Source: Kordia sp. SMS9 (GTDB lineage Bacteria; Bacteroidota; Bacteroidia; Flavobacteriales; Flavobacteriaceae). Taken from it: a DNA stretch of 64,000 bases. This document shows positions 21,663 to 29,006 of the stretch, one piece after another. The translations under genes and the position numbers were made by a program. The stretch spans positions 546,465 to 610,464 of the forward strand of contig NZ_CP031153.1 of the NCBI RefSeq assembly GCF_003352465.1. The letters are read 5' to 3'. Every line of letters begins with the position of its first letter. Position 1 is the stretch's first letter. The notes under the pieces are model-generated. The model was not told the origin of the DNA. It searched no databases and saw only the letters and a program-made list of their open reading frames with translations.

Positions 21663-23019
21663 CGAACAAACCTATAATTTTTCGCAACAAGAATGGGAAA
21701 CGTGCTTAAAAGTATTGCATGCGCTCAAAGAAAATCCGTTTGAAAATCCAGATAACAAACAATTTGGAACACTCATCACGAAGATTTCTAAAAAGGCAAA
21801 AAAGGCAAATCGGAAAGATACATTTTCAACCAAAAGACAAGAAGATTTAGAAACGATCTTACATAGTGAAATCTCTAAAAATGCTTTGCAAAACAAGACC
21901 ATTTATCAAGACGAAAAAAAATCGCAACACTCGTTTACAAAACTGAATGTTCCAAAAAATTGTTATTGCTGTAATACTTCGTTCACTTTTGCACATTCGT
22001 TCTACAACCGTTTGTGTCCAACCTGCGCTGAACTCAATTATGAAAACCGGTTCAAAAATCTCGATCTATCAAATCGCAAGGTAATCTTAACAGGCGGACG
22101 TGTAAAAATTGGCTATGCAACAGCGTTGAAAATGCTACGTTTTCATGCACATGTAACGGTAACAACACGTTTTCCTGCAACTGCTTTAGACTTATTTCGC
22201 CAAGAAAAAGATTATGAATCTTGGAAAGATAACTTAGTCATATACGGATTGGATTTACGAAATCTAAAATCGGTTGAAAACTTCATTCACTATTACAAAA
22301 ACACACACAAAACGCTCGATATTCTCATCAATAATGCAGCGCAAACGATCAAATATACCGACCAATACTACACACCATTAATTGCGAGAGAACAACAATT
22401 GGCATTAGAATTTTCTGGTCAGCAAAACTTAATCGCGAATGAAACACCTGTGGCGAATGTGAAATTATTGAACAATCATGTAGAAAAAAGTTTCTTGGAA
22501 CTCAATCGTTTTGGACAACCTATTGACACTCGTTCAAAAAATAGCTGGAATGCTACTTTGGAAGAAATCTCCATGCAGGAATTGATTGAAGTCAACTTGA
22601 TCAATCAAATTTCGCCGTACTTTATCATCAAAGAATTGTTGCCATTGTTGAAAAATTCTAGCTTTCCTAAAAAACACATCATCAATGTCACTTCTTCGGA
22701 AGGACAATTCAGTTACAACAACAAAACTATGTTTCATCCGCACACCAATATGACCAAAGCGGCTTTAAACATGATGTCGTTAACCGCGGCAAAAACCTTT
22801 GAAAAAGATAACATTTACATGAACGCTATAGATGTTGGTTGGGTTTCTACAGGAGCAAACGAAACCTTACGAAAACAACAATTTGAAAAAGGATACATTC
22901 CGCCACTTGATCCTGTGGATGGCGCTTCAAGAATCGTACATCCTATCTATGAAAATGAAGAAAACAATACTATCTTTACAGGAAAGTTATTAAAAAACTA
23001 CTGTATTGTAGATTGGTAA
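21637..23019 (+). CDS. SDR-family oxidoreductase with N-terminal Cys4 zinc-ribbon-like extension
   Basis: Rossmann TGGrvkIGyAtA motif plus a downstream NNAAQ; the N-terminal region has CYCC...CPTC. Confidence 0.65.
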   Translation: MKILTMEHNEQTYNFSQQEWETCLKVLHALKENPFENPDNKQFGTLITKISKKAKKANRKDTFSTKRQEDLETILHSEISKNALQNKTIYQDEKKSQHSFTKLNVPKNCYCCNTSFTFAHSFYNRLCPTCAELNYENRFKNLDLSNRKVILTGGRVKIGYATALKMLRFHAHVTVTTRFPATALDLFRQEKDYESWKDNLVIYGLDLRNLKSVENFIHYYKNTHKTLDILINNAAQTIKYTDQYYTPLIAREQQLALEFSGQQNLIANETPVANVKLLNNHVEKSFLELNRFGQPIDTRSKNSWNATLEEISMQELIEVNLINQISPYFIIKELLPLLKNSSFPKKHIINVTSSEGQFSYNNKTMFHPHTNMTKAALNMMSLTAAKTFEKDNIYMNAIDVGWVSTGANETLRKQQFEKGYIPPLDPVDGASRIVHPIYENEENNTIFTGKLLKNYCIVDW

Positions 23020-23034
23020 AAGCTAAAAGATACA

Positions 23035-23109
23035 GCAGTAGTTCAAAAGAGTTGGAAGAACACTACCTTGCAAAGGTAGAGGATGCGGGTTCGAGTCCCA
23101 TTTACTGCT
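23035..23109 (+). tRNA. tRNA-Cys(GCA)-like
   Basis: Acceptor GCAGTAG/TTACTGC, anticodon arm CTACC-TTGCAAA-GGTAG (anticodon GCA), T-loop GGGTTCGAGTCCC. The T-stem has one mismatch and the D-arm is atypical. Confidence 0.45.
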
Positions 23110-23149
23110 CTTTAAAAACAATAATAAGAAATTTTGATACGCAAAGATT

Positions 23150-23410
23150 GATGGTTTAATTGGAAGAACACCTAGCTCATCACTGGAAGTGCGAGTTCAA
23201 ACCTCGCTCAATCTTTGCTCAAAAAACGGCAGTGATAGTAGCTCAATTGGAAGAGCATCTGCTCAACCAGCAGAGGGTTTTGAGTTCAAATATCAAGTAT
23301 TGCTGCCTATTAAAAATCATTACGAGAGTTGGTAGTTTAACTGGAAGAACACCTGGCAACCACTCAGGAAGTGCGAGTTCAAACCTTGCGCAACGCTCGT
23401 ATCACAATGG
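23150..23410 (+). pseudogene. Three degenerate tRNA-like repeats (paralogous to flanking tRNAs)
   Basis: Units share D-arm-like GGTTTAAYTGGAAGAACA and a perfect T-arm GCGAGTTCAAACCTCGC. Anticodon arms and acceptor stems pair poorly and carry 4-nt extras between the T-stem and the acceptor strand. Confidence 0.4.
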
Positions 23411-23412
23411 CA

Positions 23413-23485
23413 ACGGTAGTAGCTCAGTTGGAAGAGCGCATGCCTGTCACGCATGAGGTCGCGGGTTCGAATCTCGTTTACTGTT
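23413..23485 (+). tRNA. tRNA-Asp(GUC)
   Basis: D-arm GCTCAGTTGGAAGAGC, anticodon arm CATGC-CTGTCAC-GCATG (GTC), T-loop GGGTTCGAATCTC. The acceptor pairs with two G-U wobbles. Confidence 0.6.
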
Positions 23486-23507
23486 GCCTATTTAAAAAAA
23501 GAAACAC

Positions 23508-23732
23508 ATGAAATACGCATTAGAAAAAACCACCAATACACATATTTTGGAAGCCGAAAACATAAAAGTTCGCCATACAGTTGGTAGTACGCAAGTATTA
23601 CAAATTGAAGGTGAAGGAATGGTGTCACATGGAGAACACGGAATTATAAAAACAGACAGTAAATATGTGATTAAGTATGTGCAACAAGAATTTAATCCTG
23701 TAACACGCATCATTGAAAATGCTTTTGATTAA
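23508..23732 (+). CDS. Hypothetical small protein
   Basis: ORF track; 74 aa; directly upstream of the 676-aa ORF. Confidence 0.3.
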   Translation: MKYALEKTTNTHILEAENIKVRHTVGSTQVLQIEGEGMVSHGEHGIIKTDSKYVIKYVQQEFNPVTRIIENAFD

Positions 23733-23744
23733 GAGTTTAGGATC

Positions 23745-25775
23745 GTGAAAACCATAAAAATACATACTGAAGAAGATATTTCAAAAATCACGGAAACGGA
23801 TACTATTCGATTAGAAATATATCTAAAAAATGCTGTAATCCCCATTCAGGAAATGAGTGGCGAATTGTACGTACGCGCTGTTGGTTGTAAATTTCCAAAC
23901 TTAACAACCGTTTTCGGATTGGTTTCTTTAGATGCGCATAAAGCGGAATTGCCAAAACTCACAGAAATTCAAGGAAATTTGAACATTCATGGGAATGATA
24001 TTTTACTTCCTGAATTAAGCAAAATATTAGGTGATTTTAAACAACATCATCCTGTAGAATTACCCAAACTCAAAATAATCACGGGAAAATCCAATGTGCC
24101 AAAAAGTTGTATCCCAAAAAAATGGCAACGTGTTCTTTTTCAAAAGGATTTAGATATCTTGGAACAAGGCGAATTATACAATCTTAGTATAGAAAATTGT
24201 AATGTTACTTTGCGTAGTCATGTAATTTATGGAAACTTGAAAACTATCAATGCAAAAGTAAACTGTCCTAACTTAGAAACAATTTATGGTGATTTCACAC
24301 TTGAAATCTCTGATAAATTCAGTAATTATACAGCAAAACCAAGCTTAAATTTTGATGACATTGAAAGTGGAAAAGCAGCAAGTCTTTTTGAAAGTCCCAA
24401 GCTTAAAACAATTCATGGAAGCTGTGAAATCAACACAACAAAACCTATAAATATTGATGTTGAAAACGTTAACGATAGAATTGAAATTCAAAAAGGAAAA
24501 GCTTCTTTTAGAAAACTTCTTAAAACGGGAGCGCTAATTGTAAGAGAAAAATCAAAAATGGTTTGTGATGCGCTCACAGAAACAACAAAGAAACTCGTAA
24601 CGCACCAAGAAAGTTACCTAAGTGCAAAATCACTCTATAAAATTGGAAAACATTGTGGTATCGGTTCCAAAATTGATATTCCGAATTTACTTTTTATTCA
24701 GGGAGATTTATCTTTAAGCCAACGCAATTATAATGATCCAAAAATTAAGCATGAATTCAAAAGTCTAAAATATATAGGTGGAAAAATAACGTTTGATGAA
24801 TTCTGCTCATTTCCTAAATTAGAAGAAGTAAAAGGTGTTTGCAACATAAGAATGTTAAAAAACATCTCTGCTGCAACAGCACCAAAATTAACGTATATAG
24901 ATACCTTAGATATTGGTGAACAACAAAATTCTCGAATTAGAGAACGACTTCCAAGTCTGCAAAAAGTAGGAACAATGATGTATCAAGACAATACTGAACA
25001 TCTAGTTATTGATCATTTTTTTCATACTATAGAAAATCGAAATACAAAATTCATCATCTCAAAGGAATCTTTCTCAATATGGAATAGTTTAAGTGAAGAT
25101 AAATTACCTATACAAAGACTAATTGCTATTTTAAAAATGCGTCATATTTCTTTTGATAATTTTTACACACGTGAAGTGACTCGCGAATGGAAGTATGAAA
25201 GCAATCCGTCTTTTGATGAAATAATTCGTTCCATCAAAAAGAAATGGAAAAAGGTTACGCCATTAACGTATGAAGATATATTTCAACTTCATGACTTTTC
25301 TTTGCGAAGATTTGCGTTTAACTATGTTGGTGTAGACACTTTTATGCAAAAACTAAAAGCAAAACGAATTGCTACAGAAGGAATTGAAGTCAATCATATT
25401 CAATATGATGAATTAGGAAATAAAAAAATGGTGCAAAAACACAACGTTTTTGAAATTTACGAAGCCGATTTTAACAAAGTGGAACACTTTAGATCTTGGC
25501 GCGGAGAAAAACAATTGCGTTATGCTGTAAAATGTTGGTGTACTTCTACCCATCAAGAACATTGGATTTGGATTGAAGAAGCATACAAGAATGATCCACT
25601 TTCTGCGATTGCTTCTACATTTCGCGTGCATGAAAATGTGATTCCATATATTTCTTGTCTAAAGCGTCAAGGAGATATTTTATTATGTGAAATGAAACGA
25701 AATGTACGACCTGAAGGAACAATTAGAGCCTTAACCAAAGAAGAATATTTTGGCCTGCTTGTTGCAGAATCCTAG
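23745..25775 (+). CDS. Hypothetical 676-aa protein with leucine-rich-repeat-like N-terminal half
   Basis: ORF track; repeated LPKLxEIxGNLNIxGN-type units; no signal peptide. Confidence 0.55.
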   Translation: MKTIKIHTEEDISKITETDTIRLEIYLKNAVIPIQEMSGELYVRAVGCKFPNLTTVFGLVSLDAHKAELPKLTEIQGNLNIHGNDILLPELSKILGDFKQHHPVELPKLKIITGKSNVPKSCIPKKWQRVLFQKDLDILEQGELYNLSIENCNVTLRSHVIYGNLKTINAKVNCPNLETIYGDFTLEISDKFSNYTAKPSLNFDDIESGKAASLFESPKLKTIHGSCEINTTKPINIDVENVNDRIEIQKGKASFRKLLKTGALIVREKSKMVCDALTETTKKLVTHQESYLSAKSLYKIGKHCGIGSKIDIPNLLFIQGDLSLSQRNYNDPKIKHEFKSLKYIGGKITFDEFCSFPKLEEVKGVCNIRMLKNISAATAPKLTYIDTLDIGEQQNSRIRERLPSLQKVGTMMYQDNTEHLVIDHFFHTIENRNTKFIISKESFSIWNSLSEDKLPIQRLIAILKMRHISFDNFYTREVTREWKYESNPSFDEIIRSIKKKWKKVTPLTYEDIFQLHDFSLRRFAFNYVGVDTFMQKLKAKRIATEGIEVNHIQYDELGNKKMVQKHNVFEIYEADFNKVEHFRSWRGEKQLRYAVKCWCTSTHQEHWIWIEEAYKNDPLSAIASTFRVHENVIPYISCLKRQGDILLCEMKRNVRPEGTIRALTKEEYFGLLVAES

Positions 25776-26460
25776 ATATCAATAGGGTTAGAATAATTAT
25801 AAATAACACCCAAAATTTGGAAGAAACCCTATAAAAATGACATATTTGCCACACTAATGACAAAAAACTATTTACATATAGCCTCAATTTGCCTGAAAAG
25901 TCAGGACACAAATCGCGGAATGGTTGAACCATTTTGGCGAAACGAGACGCTTTATGTACATTTTTATCAGTGAAGTTTATGATGAAATAACACAAAAATT
26001 ATACAAATAGTAAAGCGTCCAAGGAATTGGGCGCTTTTTTTATGAAAAAAAATTAAAAAATGTTCAAAGCATAATCAAATAGAAACATAAAAGGTTGAAA
26101 CAAAAAGCAATTGAGAGACAGACAGTTGGCAAAAAGTTCAATATCCGTTGCATAACGGACAGGAATTCCCATATCTAAATCTAAACATAACTACTTGATT
26201 ATCAATAAAATAAATTTAAAAAAATTTGTGTAATCAAAAAATCGTTTTCATATTTGCAACGTCAAAAACAAAAAACGACAATATAAAAAACATCATGAAA
26301 TATACGATACATCACATATCCGCCTTAGCAAACATTCTCCGATCACTGGAAAATTGCAGCTTGTTTGTTTGGGAACAGAAGGGAGATTTTATGTATAGAA
26401 AAAAATGGGAGTATGATAAAGATACGTTACTATGATCGTAACTATATAGAAACTTTATAA

Positions 26461-26492
26461 AAGCATCTCCCAAAAAAGAGATGCTTTTTTTA
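26461..26492 (+). terminator. Rho-independent terminator
   Basis: GCATCTC...GAGATGC hairpin followed by a T-run, immediately before the tRNA array. Confidence 0.6.
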
Positions 26493-26513
26493 TGGTTTTT
26501 ATTTAACAAAAAA

Positions 26514-26588
26514 TGATGCATAGCTTAGTTGGTTAGCCCAGAGGCGCTTTTAACGTCAAGGTCGTGAGTTCGAACCTCACTGCGTCAA
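26514..26588 (+). tRNA. tRNA-Lys(UUU)-like
   Basis: Acceptor TGATGCA/TGCGTCA, anticodon loop CTTTTAA, T-arm GTGAG-TTCGAAC-CTCAC. The anticodon stem has a mismatch. Confidence 0.5.
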
Positions 26589-26594
26589 CAAAAA

Positions 26595-26681
26595 GGAAGA
26601 GCAAGCCAATTGGCGGTGGCCACGGTCTTGAAAACCGTTCGGAGTTAATGACTCGTGTGGGTTCGACTCCCACTTCTTCCG
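26595..26681 (+). tRNA. tRNA-Ser(UGA), type II
   Basis: Acceptor GGAAGAG/TTCTTCC, anticodon arm ACGGT-CTTGAAA-ACCGT, long variable arm, T-arm GTGGG-TTCGACT-CCCAC. Confidence 0.6.
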
Positions 26682-26691
26682 CAACTAATTT

Positions 26692-26778
26692 GGAGTGTAG
26701 GTAAATATTGGTTCGTTACGCTTGACTGCTAATCAAGTCCGTTTAACCGCGGTGAAGGTTCAATTCCTTTGCGCTCCG
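26692..26778 (+). tRNA. tRNA-Ser(GCU), type II
   Basis: Acceptor GGAGTGT/GCGCTCC (G-U wobbles), anticodon arm CTTGA-CTGCTAA-TCAAG, long variable arm, T-loop GGTTCAATTCC. Confidence 0.55.
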
Positions 26779-26787
26779 CAACATATT

Positions 26788-26914
26788 GGGGATATAGTTT
26801 ACCAAGCTAAAACAGTGGGTTTAACTCGATGATACCTATTTGATATTATGGTCTCATTGAATTCGCAAGCTTATTTGCTTCTCGCAGCACGGAGTGCAAG
26901 TCTCCGTATCTCCA
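26788..26914 (+). other. Oversized (127-nt) tRNA-like element
   Basis: Good acceptor GGGGATA/TATCTCC, D-arm GTTT-ACCAAGCTA-AAAC and T-like arm CGGAG-TGCAAGT-CTCCG, but ~50 extra nt in between with no clean anticodon arm. The T-loop has G at position 55. Confidence 0.35.
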
Positions 26915-26920
26915 CAACAT

Positions 26921-26992
26921 GATATTATAGCTCAATGGCAGAGCAAAGACCTGTTAAGTCTGAGGTTGAAGGTTCGAATCCTTCCGATATCG
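26921..26992 (+). tRNA. tRNA-Asn(GUU)
   Basis: D-arm GCTCAATGGCAGAGC, anticodon loop CTGTTAA, T-arm GAAGG-TTCGAAT-CCTTC. 3' end ...CGATATC-G-CA. Confidence 0.6.
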
Positions 26993-26996
26993 CAAC

Positions 26997-27069
26997 GACA
27001 AGGTGGCTGAATGGCAAAGGCAGCAGTCTGCAAAACTGTTTTGTATGAGTTCGAATCTCATCCTTGTCT
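26997..27069 (+). tRNA. tRNA-Cys(GCA)
   Basis: Acceptor GACAAGG/CCTTGTC perfect, anticodon arm GCAGT-CTGCAAA-ACTGT, T-arm ATGAG-TTCGAAT-CTCAT. Confidence 0.65.
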
Positions 27070-27117
27070 CAATGATTATGTAGTATCAAACTTGTTTGAA
27101 TAGTATATAATTTACTT

Positions 27118-27200
27118 GGAAGTGTTGAGAAATTGGTTGGCTTGCCAGACTGTAAATCTGGTCTCTTCGGAGCGTGTAGGTTCGAGTCCTACTACTTCCA
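27118..27200 (+). tRNA. tRNA-Tyr(GUA), type II
   Basis: Acceptor GGAAGTG/TACTTCC, anticodon arm CCAGA-CTGTAAA-TCTGG, long variable arm, T-arm GTAGG-TTCGAGT-CCTAC. Confidence 0.65.
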
Positions 27201-27206
27201 CAACAC

Positions 27207-27278
27207 ACGCTTGTGGTGTAACTGGTAGCATGTACGTCTCCAAAACGTACGGTTGAGGTTCAAATCCTTGCGGGCGTG
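27207..27278 (+). tRNA. tRNA-Trp(CCA)
   Basis: Anticodon arm TACGT-CTCCAAA-ACGTA, T-loop GGTTCAAATCC. The acceptor pairs with two G-U wobbles. Confidence 0.55.
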
Positions 27279-27282
27279 CAAA

Positions 27283-27440
27283 ATATAGCTATGGTGTAAT
27301 GGATAGCACATGAGATTTAGCTCACATGTTATTCATTATAGATTAAGCAGTTCGTGAATGTGAAAACATTTCTAACCTCATAGTCTAAGTTCGAAATGCT
27401 TTGCATTCATGAGTTCCTATTTATTAAGATAAGAACAAAA
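27283..27440 (+). pseudogene. Degenerate tRNA-Arg-like 5' half followed by ~100 nt of unassigned structured sequence
   Basis: Starts ATAGCTATGGTGTAATGGATAGCACA (same acceptor/D-arm as the tRNA-Arg at 27888), but the anticodon arm is broken and no intact T-arm/acceptor follows. Only an AAGTTCGAAATGC T-loop-like fragment is present. Confidence 0.35.
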
Positions 27441-27467
27441 CGAACTAATCTTAGTAGCTATACAAAT

Positions 27468-27539
27468 AGTATCGTGACTCAACGGTAGAGTGCTCGACTG
27501 TCTCTCGAGAAGTTGCGGGTTCGAATCCCGTCGGTACTG
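27468..27539 (+). tRNA. tRNA-Asp(GUC)-like (pyrimidine at position 37)
   Basis: D-arm ACTCAACGGTAGAGT, anticodon arm CTCGA-CTGTCTC-TCGAG, T-arm GCGGG-TTCGAAT-CCCGT, acceptor AGTATCG/CGGTACT. Confidence 0.5.
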
Positions 27540-27545
27540 CAAAAT

Positions 27546-27618
27546 CTGGGAATAGAACAATTGGCTGTTTACTCGCCTTGGACGCGAGAGGATGTAGGTT
27601 CGAATCCTGCTTCCCAGA
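27546..27618 (+). tRNA. tRNA-Pro(UGG)
   Basis: Acceptor CTGGGAA/TTCCCAG perfect, anticodon arm CTCGC-CTTGGAC-GCGAG, T-arm GTAGG-TTCGAAT-CCTGC. Confidence 0.6.
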
Positions 27619-27709
27619 CGACTAAATCAAAGCAAGCTTGCTTGAATTTGATTTGCAGTGAGGCATAGCAGGAACACTTTGCAAATCCTGCTTCTGAAAC
27701 AAATAAAAT

Positions 27710-27781
27710 GCTCCGTTCGTCTAATGGCTAGGACACCTGCCTTTCGAGCAGATAATAAGAGTTCGATTCTCTTACGGAGTA
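27710..27781 (+). tRNA. tRNA-Glu(UUC)
   Basis: Acceptor GCTCCGT/ACGGAGT, D-arm GTCTAATGGCTAGGAC, anticodon loop CTTTCGA, T-arm AAGAG-TTCGATT-CTCTT. Confidence 0.55.
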
Positions 27782-27787
27782 CAAAAT

Positions 27788-27860
27788 GCAGAGGTGGCGG
27801 AATGGCATACGCAGCTGTCTTAGAAGCAGTTTTTTGAGAGTTCGAATCTCTCTCTCTGTA
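27788..27860 (+). tRNA. Atypical tRNA: anticodon UAG (Leu) on a 73-nt type-I body
   Basis: Acceptor GCAGAGG/TCTCTGT (G-U wobbles), anticodon arm GCTGT-CTTAGAA-GCAGT, 5-nt variable loop, T-arm GAGAG-TTCGAAT-CTCTC. Bacterial tRNA-Leu normally has a long variable arm. Confidence 0.4.
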
Positions 27861-27887
27861 CAAACGCAATCTTGAAAGGAGTGCAAC

Positions 27888-27959
27888 AAGTTTATGGTGT
27901 AATGGATAGCACATTGGCCTACGAAGCCAAGAGTATAGGTTCGAATCCTATTAGACTTA
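27888..27959 (+). tRNA. tRNA-Arg(ACG)
   Basis: D-arm GTGTAATGGATAGCAC, anticodon arm TTGGC-CTACGAA-GCCAA, T-arm ATAGG-TTCGAAT-CCTAT. Confidence 0.6.
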
Positions 27960-27965
27960 CAATAT

Positions 27966-28037
27966 TGATCTGTGGTGTAACGGTTAGCACACGAGACTTT
28001 GACTCTCGGGGAAGAGGTTCGGTTCCTCTCAGATCTA
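27966..28037 (+). tRNA. tRNA-Gln(UUG)
   Basis: Anticodon arm CGAGA-CTTTGAC-TCTCG perfect, T-arm AGAGG-TTCGGTT-CCTCT, acceptor ...GATCTG/CAGATCT. Confidence 0.6.
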
Positions 28038-28041
28038 CTAT

Positions 28042-28137
28042 AGCGATATAGCTTAATTGGTAAAGCACTGGTCTCATAAGCCAGAAGTTGAAATGCCTGT
28101 ACTGAACTTGATTCAGTATCTAAGATTTCTATCGCCA
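28042..28137 (+). pseudogene. tRNA-Met/Ile2(CAU)-like gene whose T-loop is replaced by a ~29-nt palindromic (REP-like) insertion
   Basis: Acceptor AGCGATA, D-arm GCTTAATTGGTAAAGC, anticodon arm CTGGT-CTCATAA-GCCAG, then T-stem GAAAT/ATTTC enclosing GCCTGTACTGAACTTGATTCAGTATCTAAG in place of the 7-nt T-loop. It is a paralog of the intact tRNA-Ile that follows. Confidence 0.5.
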
Positions 28138-28145
28138 CTAAAAAT

Positions 28146-28218
28146 AGTGATATAGCTTAACTGGTAAAGCGTCAATCTGATAAGTTGGCAGATGAAAGTT
28201 CAAATCTTTCTATCACTA
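28146..28218 (+). tRNA. tRNA-Ile(GAU)
   Basis: Acceptor AGTGATA/TATCACT perfect, D-arm GCTTAACTGGTAAAGC, anticodon loop CTGATAA, T-arm GAAAG-TTCAAAT-CTTTC. Confidence 0.65.
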
Positions 28219-28225
28219 CAAAAAT

Positions 28226-28298
28226 GGTGACTTTAGTTTATTTGGTAAAACGCCTCACTGTGAATGAGAGGAACAGGGTTCGATCCCCGAAGTCACCC
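28226..28298 (+). tRNA. tRNA-His(GUG) with encoded G-1
   Basis: 5' GGTGACTT..., anticodon loop CTGTGAA, 3' ...AAGTCACC-C (G-1:C73 pair typical of bacterial tRNA-His). The T-stem is imperfect. Confidence 0.55.
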
Positions 28299-28303
28299 AA
28301 CCA

Positions 28304-28427
28304 GGAATAATGACAGAGTTGGTCAATGCGATGGATTGAAATGAGTTTACGAATTCATCGAAACCTATTTAATAAAATAGAATTCTATGAGATAAACCCA
28401 GAGATATAGGTTCGAATCCTATTTATT
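28304..28427 (+). other. Oversized (124-nt) tRNA-like element
   Basis: Acceptor GGAATAA/TTATTCC perfect and T-arm ATAGG-TTCGAAT-CCTAT, but ~50 extra nt internally, including a GAATTC-centred palindrome; no clean anticodon arm. Confidence 0.35.
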
Positions 28428-28533
28428 CCACAAAAGAAATGTAGTTTAAAATTAAAATAGCGAGCTAGTATCTCGAAGATGCAAGTAAAGTCTTGCCATT
28501 TCTCAAATTAAAAATTAATAAAAACAAACAGTC

Positions 28534-28848
28534 ATGAGACCAGATGTATTACAAAGGTTCTTTTACAGAACTGAAGATTCAGGAAGATTCCTTGTGACTT
28601 CAAAAAGAACAGGAGTCACCTATTTTGTAGAACCAATAGCTACTGGAAAGCCTGCTATTTTATGGGGCGATGTAGATCCAGCTACAAATAAATTGACGGG
28701 AGATTATGGAACTAAAAGAAGAGGCGCCGTTTTGCCAGAAGATTCTCTGATTACTAAGGAGAATGGTTTTCAAAATATTTCCACATTCAAAGGAAGTCCT
28801 TTCGGAGAAATTGATCGCAGAGATCGATTGTATGAAGATAAAATTTAA
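28534..28848 (+). CDS. Hypothetical protein
   Basis: ORF track; 104 aa; between the tRNA array and the RNA ligase. Confidence 0.4.
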   Translation: MRPDVLQRFFYRTEDSGRFLVTSKRTGVTYFVEPIATGKPAILWGDVDPATNKLTGDYGTKRRGAVLPEDSLITKENGFQNISTFKGSPFGEIDRRDRLYEDKI

Positions 28849-28884
28849 TAATAAAAAAGTAATCTGAAAAGATTTAAAAACGTC

Positions 28885-28954
28885 ATTCTGAACTTGATTC
28901 AGAATCTCACTCTACTAATTTTCAATTTATGATGAGAAACCGAATCAAGTTCGG
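28885..28954. repeat. Two adjacent REP-like palindromes (attctgaacttgattcagaat and ccgaatcaagttcgg), opposite orientation
   Basis: 15-nt palindromic cores related by compensatory changes. The same core occurs at 28100-28118 (inside the tRNA-Met-like gene) and at 42354-42372. Confidence 0.6.
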
Positions 28955-29006
28955 CTTGACGAAAATCCAACTTTTTAGGAAATTCTAAAAAAACAAAAAA
29001 GAAATC

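Noticed and set aside
23160-23456. 98-aa ORF spanning the degenerate tRNA-like repeats
   Set aside because: It is made of repeated tRNA-like DNA. The translation (…WKCEFKPRSIFAQ…) mirrors the repeat units, so it is not a plausible protein.
25776-26460. ORF 26226-26435 and a 38-aa ORF at ~25860 in the long gap before the tRNA array
   Set aside because: There is no RBS or conservation evidence. The gap does contain two terminator-like hairpins (about 26017-26045 and 26461-26492), so an sRNA is possible, but I cannot support a CDS.
26595-26681. Possibility that the UGA-anticodon type-II tRNA is tRNA-Sec
   Set aside because: tRNA-Sec needs anticodon UCA (reads UGA). This gene has anticodon UGA (reads UCA) and a standard Ser-type architecture.
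27627-28138. Minus-strand ORFs 27627-27914 and 27728-28138 across the tRNA array
   Set aside because: They are antisense to consecutive tRNA genes, so a coding function is implausible.
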